This document shows, piece after piece, positions 20,747 to 28,400 of a stretch of 34,078 nucleotides of DNA. Position 1 is the first letter of the stretch. Each line of letters begins with the position of its first letter. The notes under the pieces were generated by a model. That model searched no databases and was not told the DNA's origin. It saw nothing but the letters and a program-made list of their open reading frames with translations. Source of the DNA: Patescibacteria group bacterium (lineage in GTDB: Bacteria > Patescibacteriota > Gracilibacteria > JAPLVM01); contig JAPLVM010000005.1 of the NCBI GenBank assembly GCA_026397115.1, positions 1 through 34,078 on the forward strand, written 5' to 3'. Made by a program: the position numbers and the translations under genes.

Positions 20747-21388
20747 TTATTTTGGGGGGTATTTGCCGTTCTGAAATTTCAAAAAACCTGAGCAGTAAAT
20801 TTTTTTGCCCTCTATTTTTAAAATGTCTCTTATGTCAGATTTGCCAACTCCAAGCCGTTCTAATTGTTTTTTTAGACCCTTGATAGTTTCTTCTATATCA
20901 TTTTCTGGAGCGCGCCGTACTGAATTAAATACGTCTGCCAAAAAACAATAATTATTTCTCCCTCTCGCGAGAGCTTCGAGTAAAAGAAGTTTATCTGATT
21001 TTCGATACATGCGGATTGATTTGCCCTTATATCCAAGTTTAAGATTTTCTAGATCGCAAACAAGATATTGGTGATCATCAACATAAATTTGATCAGTTCT
21101 TTTGGCTAGTCTAACAAGAAAATCAATAGCCCTGAGCAATAATATTCTAAAAGCCCCAAGATGTTTTACCTCGTGTATCTCATTTTTATGATCAACTACA
21201 TTATATGGATCGGGCGTGCTACTAAGAATTTTTTCAAACTCATCTGCTACCTTTTCCCCATATTCTCTCTTTAAATCTTCTGTCGCATCATAGCGCCATA
21301 ATCTAAATTTCCAGCTGTCTGGGTCAGATTTATGGTCTTCGTGTATATCCCACATTTCATTTACCAATCTTGATAGTAATTTGGACAT
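20747..21388 (-). CDS. Hypothetical protein with a probable C-terminal winged-helix DNA-binding domain
   Basis: YKGKSIRM...LLLLEALARGRNNYCFLADVFNSV....DIEETIKGLKKQL....ILKIEGKKIY follows the OmpR/PhoB-type wHTH pattern (recognised by eye). Confidence 0.55.
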   Translation of the reverse strand: MSKLLSRLVNEMWDIHEDHKSDPDSWKFRLWRYDATEDLKREYGEKVADEFEKILSSTPDPYNVVDHKNEIHEVKHLGAFRILLLRAIDFLVRLAKRTDQIYVDDHQYLVCDLENLKLGYKGKSIRMYRKSDKLLLLEALARGRNNYCFLADVFNSVRRAPENDIEETIKGLKKQLERLGVGKSDIRDILKIEGKKIYCSGFLKFQNGKYPPK

Positions 21389-21465
21389 TGTTTCAAAAGT
21401 TTTAATGTGTATGCGTGCAAAAATGAGTTCTCTAAGCTAAAAATACTCCATTATCAAAAAAGTTG

Positions 21466-21945
21466 CTAAGTACAAATGATTCCTTGTTCTTTAGCGATTT
21501 CCAATATGCGCTGTCTTATCTGCTGGGGGCTATAGTCTTGATATTGATTCATAATATTGTCTGTACTTTGATTATTTTCTAATCTGTATATCTTATGGAT
21601 TACTTCCAGCATTCTTACTGAGGCAAGCGGACTGATAATCTTTAGCTTTGTTTTATTGTCGAGGCTTGAATCAGCCAAAAAGTCTTCTGCTATTCCCATA
21701 GTTTCTTGGCACATTTCAGCGGCTTGCTGGCACATTTTAGATATCACTCGTTTAGTATCCTCTCGGTTGAGCATACGATCAAGTGAATGAATACGAGCAG
21801 ATGCGCTTTTAGCCTTACTTCCAGCCAATGTGGCGGCTTCCTCTTTGGTTGACCCTAATGCCAAAGCAGTAATAGCCATTTTTGGATTTAGCTTCTTCTT
21901 CTTTCTTGGCTTAGTATCATGATTTATCGCAGTTTTTACGGTCAT
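21466..21945 (-). CDS. Terminase small subunit-like HTH protein
   Basis: GSTKEEAATLAGSKAKSASARIHSLDRMLNREDTKRVI resembles the TerS AAxxAG...A...LL....I helix-turn-helix, followed by helices and RLENNQSTDN; 159 aa. Confidence 0.5.
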   Translation of the reverse strand: MTVKTAINHDTKPRKKKKLNPKMAITALALGSTKEEAATLAGSKAKSASARIHSLDRMLNREDTKRVISKMCQQAAEMCQETMGIAEDFLADSSLDNKTKLKIISPLASVRMLEVIHKIYRLENNQSTDNIMNQYQDYSPQQIRQRILEIAKEQGIICT

Positions 21946-21969
21946 TTTTTCTTTAACATTACTGCTTGG

Positions 21970-21998
21970 AGTATATCTTTTTAATAAGCAAAAATCAA
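21970..21998 (-). promoter_or_regulatory. Sigma70 promoter for the leftward (TerS-like) transcript
   Basis: The minus strand reads TTGATT-N17-TATACT. Confidence 0.65.
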
Positions 21999-22078
21999 GC
22001 TATAAGCGGGTTTTTGATGTGTTTTAAGTGATATTAATTAAAGGTTTACTTCTCTCTCGGAATATGTAAAAATAGCCC

Positions 22079-22210
22079 TGTCACACCAATTTGTAAGAGC
22101 ATTTTAACTTGCAAATCATCAAACTGGGGCAACCTAGTCGGAAAGATTTGCAAGGCGAATGCTAAGCGAATTGGTGTGACAACCCCGACGCAGGTTGTCC
22201 CTTTTGATTT
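22079..22210 (+). ncRNA. Structured leader or ncRNA of unknown family upstream of the cargo operon
   Basis: 13-bp, 6-bp and 10-bp perfect stems, an apical GCAA tetraloop hairpin, and an overlapping terminator-like hairpin. G-U pairs occur on the + strand. Confidence 0.75.
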
Positions 22211-22229
22211 TCAGAATTAAGTTCTAAAA

Positions 22230-22538
22230 ATGAGCATAAAAGAAACGGCAAAAGAAATTTTTGGCGCATTAGCAAGCGGGATTGGCGGACTGATCTCTTC
22301 TGCCTTATTTCTGCTTATTATGATCGCCATAATGGCTTTCATTGATCGCTCACAAGAGAGTGGAATTGATCTGACTCTTTGGGGAATGTGGATATTGCAA
22401 GTAGCCTCAGTAGCCCTGTTTATTCGTATCCACAAAAAACTTTCGGGAGGAGAGCAATTATCAGCATTCGCCCTATGGCAGTTAGGTTTAGTAATAATAC
22501 TCTTGTATTCTGGGCTTTACCACAAAGATGTTTTTTAA
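22230..22538 (+). CDS. Small membrane protein (three predicted TM helices)
   Basis: 102 aa with three hydrophobic stretches. Confidence 0.75.
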   Translation: MSIKETAKEIFGALASGIGGLISSALFLLIMIAIMAFIDRSQESGIDLTLWGMWILQVASVALFIRIHKKLSGGEQLSAFALWQLGLVIILLYSGLYHKDVF

Positions 22539-22555
22539 ATTTTTAATTTAAATAA

Positions 22556-24016
22556 ATGGATAACCGAATCTTACTCCCTATTTACTTTATGATAGCAATA
22601 TCTATCTTATTGACTCCCAGTGTACAAGCCGATTATGAAAGTGATCTGCGTGTTATATGCAACAGAGAAGCTAATACAAGAGCTAGGCTTGGACTTGGCG
22701 ACGATAGCTCAACCATAGATTTTAATAACAGATGTTCAGAAGAAGCTATCCGAAAAGCGGTTGCCGAATATAATGCAAGTAACCAATTTTATGTGCCTAC
22801 AATACCAATTTACACCCCTACTATTTTCACTACATGCAACCCGTACGGACCAAACGCTTGGTACGATTCATCTATTAATAAATGTAAATGTAATAATGGA
22901 TACTTTTTTGGCAAAAACAATCAGGGACAAGATTATTGCATAACTTTAGATGAACATTGCCAAGGTCTATATGGATTTTTCTCAAAAGGAGGGGACAACA
23001 TAGGAGAATGTAAATGCAAAGAAGGATACGGTTTTGGTAAAGGATCCGCGAGACGAGAAGAATGCATAAGTATGAATCTCTGGTGCCAAGATGAACTAGG
23101 AAGTAATGCTGAGTATAATGAATCAACCCAAAAATGCGAATGTGGATATGGATATGGGTTTGTGCTAATGAACAATGAAAACGGCTTAGGTTGTGTTTCC
23201 TGTACGATTGCGTATGGTATATATTCACAATATAACCCGATTACAAAAGAATGTGGATGCTTAGCTGGGTACCAGCTTACCCAAGGCGATTTATATGGAA
23301 CGATATGCACAAAAGCTACTCCTGAATTTATTTGTTATGACATAGTTAACGGCTATTTGGGTAGCGACGGCCAGTGTTATTGCAATCAAGGATATATATG
23401 GAGCGACGACCAAAAACTGTGCATAAAGAAAATCGCAAATTCACCAAGGGCCATTAATGCCCCGCAAAAATTAACTGTCGGGAATAGTATTGACGATGGC
23501 GAGAAATCGAATAGTAGCAGGTCTTCTTTCTCGGATATCTCTGAAGCATACCGTTTTCATGAAGCTGTGAATAATCTCAGGGATAAAGGTGCAATCAAAG
23601 GTTATTCAGACGGTACTTTTAAGCCTCGCAGTTTCGTTACTCGTGCTGAGTTTCTCAAGATAGCCCTAGAGGGGCAAGAACCGCCTGAAAATTACAATAC
23701 TGCCTGTTTTGCCGATATAGAGCCTAATCAATGGTTTACTCGCTTTGTGTGCCGTGCTAAAGAGGCAGGATGGGTCAATGGCTATCCAGACGGTACTTTC
23801 GGACCAAATGCCAATATAACTCAAGCAGAAGCAATGAAAATAGCTTTTAAGGTTCATTCATTGCAAACGGAAGGCGACACGACTGGAGCAAATTGGTATC
23901 AGCCTTTTGTGAATAAGGTAAAGGAAAAGGGCTATTTGCCCGAAGATGTGATAAATTACAATAAATTGATGACTCGTGGCGAGATAGCTGAGATGGTTTG
24001 GAATATCATTAAGTAG
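22556..24016 (+). CDS. Secreted Cys-rich (EGF-like repeat) protein with C-terminal S-layer homology domains
   Basis: Signal peptide ending VQA, five CxCxxGY repeats, and three SLH repeats (GYSDGTFKP..VTRAE, GYPDGTFGP..ITQAE, MTRGE). Confidence 0.88.
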   Translation: MDNRILLPIYFMIAISILLTPSVQADYESDLRVICNREANTRARLGLGDDSSTIDFNNRCSEEAIRKAVAEYNASNQFYVPTIPIYTPTIFTTCNPYGPNAWYDSSINKCKCNNGYFFGKNNQGQDYCITLDEHCQGLYGFFSKGGDNIGECKCKEGYGFGKGSARREECISMNLWCQDELGSNAEYNESTQKCECGYGYGFVLMNNENGLGCVSCTIAYGIYSQYNPITKECGCLAGYQLTQGDLYGTICTKATPEFICYDIVNGYLGSDGQCYCNQGYIWSDDQKLCIKKIANSPRAINAPQKLTVGNSIDDGEKSNSSRSSFSDISEAYRFHEAVNNLRDKGAIKGYSDGTFKPRSFVTRAEFLKIALEGQEPPENYNTACFADIEPNQWFTRFVCRAKEAGWVNGYPDGTFGPNANITQAEAMKIAFKVHSLQTEGDTTGANWYQPFVNKVKEKGYLPEDVINYNKLMTRGEIAEMVWNIIK

Positions 24017-24038
24017 TTCATAATTTTTATCTCTAACA

Positions 24039-24698
24039 ATGTTTAAACGGATCATATCAATATTTCTATTTTTGATAATAATATTCGCCAGTATACAAAT
24101 TGCCAATGCCTATGTGAATGTTAAAGGATACTTTCGCTCAAATGGCACATATGTCGCACCGCATGTCAGATCAAATCCAAATGGGCTTAAAAGCGACAAC
24201 TATGGTTGGACGCAATCTCAAGGTACATACAATAAAACCTATGGGACTAAGGGAGCTAAGTGGGATACGCCCACTTATATTACTGACCCAGATTATTATG
24301 AAGGAAAGAATATTTATGATTCTATCAATGAAGGTGGCGCTTCTGCTGATATTGGTTTTCCAAATTTTGATATAAACCAAATATTATGTGGTCCGAATCA
24401 AACTTGGGGAGCAGATGGAAAATGTTACTGTAATAATGGTTATTTGTCCTTCAACAATTCATGTATTACATATGATCAAGCCTGCAAAATAGTCTATGGC
24501 TCTAATTCTTATGGCGCAGGTAACAACTGCGCTTGCAACGCAGGATACAAATGGAGTTCAAATATGGCTACTTGCGAAAAAATAGTCGCCATTTGCGGGG
24601 AAAATTCCTATGAAGTATTGAGAGGTTTCTGCAAATGCAAAGGAGGATATAAATGGCGACATCCAAATAATCATCGTACTGGCTGCATAGTCAAATAA
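24039..24698 (+). CDS. Secreted protein with a GYFRSNGTYV motif and Cys-rich repeats
   Basis: Signal peptide ending ANA, VKGYFRSNGTYVAPHVRS motif, and three CxCxxGY repeats. Confidence 0.85.
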   Translation: MFKRIISIFLFLIIIFASIQIANAYVNVKGYFRSNGTYVAPHVRSNPNGLKSDNYGWTQSQGTYNKTYGTKGAKWDTPTYITDPDYYEGKNIYDSINEGGASADIGFPNFDINQILCGPNQTWGADGKCYCNNGYLSFNNSCITYDQACKIVYGSNSYGAGNNCACNAGYKWSSNMATCEKIVAICGENSYEVLRGFCKCKGGYKWRHPNNHRTGCIVK

Positions 24699-24711
24699 AG
24701 CCTTCGACCTC

Positions 24712-24860
24712 GCAAACCCCACTTTTGGACAATACGCAGATGTCCTATGTTTCGCTATCGCTTCACTAGGGACATCACGATATTGTCCAGAACCTTCCGC
24801 AGGGTAATTTCAAGGTATTCTGAAATTAAGGAGCGGAAGGACGTGGGGTTTGCTCTTTTT
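24712..24860 (+). ncRNA. Three-way-junction structured element downstream of the cargo operon
   Basis: An 11-bp closing stem GCAAACCCCAC/GTGGGGTTTGC encloses two multi-stem arms and is followed by TCTTTTT. Confidence 0.65.
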
Positions 24861-25051
24861 AAAACGCTTTTAGCCCAAAAGTAAAATTTTCCCGCACAAT
24901 CAAGTCCACCCATTACAGAAAAAACATGACCTCAAAAAATAAATCCTGTGTGCGTGCAAAAATCCCATAAAGCTAAGAAGCAGACGGGGCTTTCGTAGAA
25001 AAGGAAAGACGCGCCCGCCCTAGGCTATAAATTGAGCTTGTCGCATATATT

Positions 25052-25211
25052 TCATAACCCTAAGCCCTGATGCCCAAATGCCTTATTTTTGACGCCAGCC
25101 AACGACAAATATTCGAACTCCTTTTTGTATATTCCTTTCTTCCACCCAGTCTTAATCAGCCTTGCATAAATTGGAATGTATATGTAACCTTTATATGATT
25201 GATTACCACCA
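25052..25211 (-). other. Start-less open frame predicted to be the detached C-terminal 50 aa of the integrase (attR side)
   Basis: In frame with the integrase through the shared CCACCA core: GG-NQSYKGYIYIPIYARLIKTGWKKGIYKKEFEYLSLAGVKNKAFGHQGLGL-stop. Confidence 0.55.
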
Positions 25212-25424
25212 CGATTTATTCGAGTTTTTGCGGAGTTTTTTTAATTCTTATCCTTATCCCTAATTCTCGTTTTATATCATCTATCTTTTTCAATCATTGC
25301 GCCAAATATAGTCTAATCTGTCAAGACTAACTCATTAAAATGCTGGGTTTTCAAGGCTAGAAACTGGTTTTCCGAGCATAAATCAGCTATAATATTTTGA
25401 ATTTGTACAAAATCAAAATAAAAA

Positions 25425-28400
25425 ATGTTTCGGGAACTTTTTACAGATACAGACCGTCCAAGGGAACAAGAACACAAAACAGCTGGATTACCTCTTGAAG
25501 AATCCGCTTTATTGAACTGGGTTACCAGCGATAGTAAAACTCTTGAGGAGAGGGACGAAAAAATCGATCTTATCGCAACAATAATTCAGCAAAAAAGAGA
25601 CTATCTTGCTAAGAATCTTAATTTTAAAAAACGCTGCATAGAAGATAGAGTTAAAATAGAAACCCTAGTTCAAGCAGCTGGCAATATTGTCGAACCTTAT
25701 CGCAAGGCTGGCAAAGATAAACTAACTAAGGTTGGCGATGTAAGATATGTCATATGGTTGGCTGAAGATATTGGTCTCAAGCTAAGACCTGATTTACAGC
25801 ATGAAGCAAATCCCCTGCAAGCAGAGATTGATGGGCTAAAAACAACCTTGACCAAAATAGAACTCGACGCAGCGCGAAGCAAGCGTGATATTGAGCCGAA
25901 AAAAATTATATTAACATCTGCGCAGCTTGCAGAAATGAATACGAACATAAGCCATATTTTGACTTTTGTCCAAGGCGAAAGCAAAAAATATCCTGTTTAT
26001 GCTAAGGAAACTATGCCGGATATGCAGAGAGAAAGAATTGCGCTTCAACCGGTTCTGGACTTTCTTGAAATGCATAAAACTAAAATTGATCTAGGCGCGG
26101 CGCGGCGTCCAATCGGCCGTGAAGATGTATCTTTAGACAAAACCCGTGAATCCAGTGAATCAATGAGTCCGGAGTTTGCTGACTTTTTAACAAAGCTTAA
26201 CAAGCCTCAGCGCGACTTTTTTATGTCAATGATCAAAAGTAAAACCCGCGCTTGCTTTGACAACCTCTTGCGCGAGCTTGAAAGAGGATTGCCAGAAAAT
26301 GGGACAAGTGAAGAAACGCCCGAGCCAACAGCTAGTTTGAGACTAGAAATTAAAAATTTATTTGATGAATATAGTGCAAGCGTTGCAGAAGGGAAGCGGC
26401 TTTTAAATTTGGCGCAAAAGGTCAATGATCCTCGAAATGCAATCGCTATACAAAAAATGGCGCGAGACCTTGCATCATTAGAAACTCAGCGCGACAATCT
26501 TTTTGAAAAGATGGCAATGATTACAAAGGATGACGCTGGAAAGGAATATGAAGAAAGAATAGTAAAGCTTAAGGAACAGGCTGATGAATTTTCTACTTTG
26601 ATTAAAAAAACAGAGGTTTATAACGCGTTTTTGAGAGAAGCGCCAGCAGAGATTATTAGGCTTACTCCGGAAGATGCTGATATGCAGAGCGAGCAATTTT
26701 GGAAGATGAGAACTATTGAGGATAGAAAAGTTTCAGCTGAAGAATTTTTGATATTGAACAAAGACAGATTATATGCTGAAAAAGTAATTGAAAAATCTGG
26801 GTTGGCACCGCTAGGGAATCAGCAGTATTGCGAAATTATCAGGTTCCTTATTGACAATCCAGATATTTCAAAATCTGAAAGAGAGAGCAAGGTTAAACAA
26901 TATATAAGTTCAAAATTTACGATTGCGCCAAATAGTAAAAATGGGCTGAACCTACTTAATAGGCTGCGAGCGGTTGGAATATTTGATAAAGAAAAAATAT
27001 GCTATGCAGATCTTGAAGTAACTGTTGTCGATGAAATCGATGGCTTATATCTTATCGAATCCGCAGCCAAAGACGGCAAACTTAAAAAAGCATTTCGGCT
27101 TGGAAGAGGGAAGGCAAAGATAGATAATATGCCGGAGTATTATGCGAATATTATCGGAGCAATTATTTCGCTCGGATCATGTACGGCTGTTGACAGTCCC
27201 TCAATACGAAGAACTCTCATTGGGTCTGCTATAATCAACGGGCACGATCTTGCGGATATGAACATTGATGATGAATACAAGTCATTGTATTTACTCGCAA
27301 AACTGAAAGAACTCAAGCTTATAGAATCTAAAGGAATAAATGAAATTGAGGATGATGACAATCTTACGCTAAATTGCAATGGGCTTAGAAATACTATAAA
27401 AGATAGTCTAATTAAGGCTCGTAACAAGTATTTTGAATTTAAAAATGCTGAAAGCGAATTCAGCGGGCTTAGCAGCATATTTCAGGCAGACCAAAAGGCA
27501 GTATCCAAGAAAGAAGTACGAGATGCTAAGAAAAAGGCTCTGCGCCTTAAAAAGGATACGCTCAAAATGCAGGAGGAGGTCCTTAATGATCTTATTAAGA
27601 TAGCAAAGTCAAAACCGAAAAAATCAGCTGCTATATTGCAAAAAAGAAAGGACGAGATAGATGAATTTTTGTGGCAAAACCTGGGGATAAGGAAAACTAA
27701 TCCTGAACATGAATTAGTCTATGATTATCTTGAAAAGAATGATTTGCTTGGCGAAACACTTGATATTTCATATGAGGATCTAAAAGCGCGTATTTTAAAG
27801 GAAGAGCAAAAATATTATTGTGAAAAGAATAAGGAGAAAAAAGTTGATCATATTCCGTCATATAAGGCTAATCTTATTGATGCAATCATATCGGTTTGTA
27901 AACACCAAGGAAATATTATTTCAGCTCCTGCTCTTGAAAAAGCCATGTGTCATGAGAACTATGATAATCCTGGCGGATATAAGATGCTTGCTGTTGCCAA
28001 GGAGCTAGCAAGGCTTGGAATTTTATCGCCAATGGATCCACCATCGCAGGCAAATGTAATTTGTTTGCCAGGCTGGGAAAATCTTCCGGCAAATATTAGA
28101 TCTATTCTCCAAGAAGCAAATACCTTATTCGAGTTGTTTAAAGATGGAAAAGGCGGCATTACGCAAAAAAGTATACTAGAAATACAAGACAAAGCGCTTG
28201 AAGCAATTGCCAATGGATTTACTAGGCAAAATAATCCTAATAAAATTGATCCTTATGCCGTAGAGGGAAAATTAGAAAAGCAAAAGGAAATACCTAGAAC
28301 TACCAAATCTGGAATCGGGCCAATTGAGGATATTATTGACCATTTGGCTCATTTCGAAAATCGAAACGCAAAAAATATATTGTTTACCTATTTTGAAGAT

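Larger units (their letters stand above)
18741..25211. mobile_element. Candidate ~6.5 kb tRNA-Lys-integrated element (satellite-like genomic island)
   Basis: The serine integrase overlaps the tRNA 3' end. Core CCACCA occurs at 18741-18746 (context TGATCACCCACCA) and at 25206-25211 (context TGATTACCACCA). Accessory gene content lies between them. The right boundary is inferred from a short repeat. Confidence 0.7.

Noticed and set aside
22556..24698. Diversity-generating retroelement or CRISPR explanation for the repeats
   Set aside because: The repeats are degenerate at the protein level only. No reverse transcriptase, TR/VR pair, cas gene or regularly spaced direct repeats were seen.
24905..24915. 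CCACCCATT as a possible attR
   Set aside because: It is an imperfect match to the core, and it would leave the element-specific boxes at 24951-24976 outside the element.
25065..25076. Alternative attR candidate CCCTGATGCCCA, similar to tRNA CCCTGATCACCCA
   Set aside because: Crossover here would not regenerate an intact acceptor stem and CCA on excision. The 25206-25211 core restores the tRNA and keeps the integrase frame. It is disfavoured rather than formally excluded.
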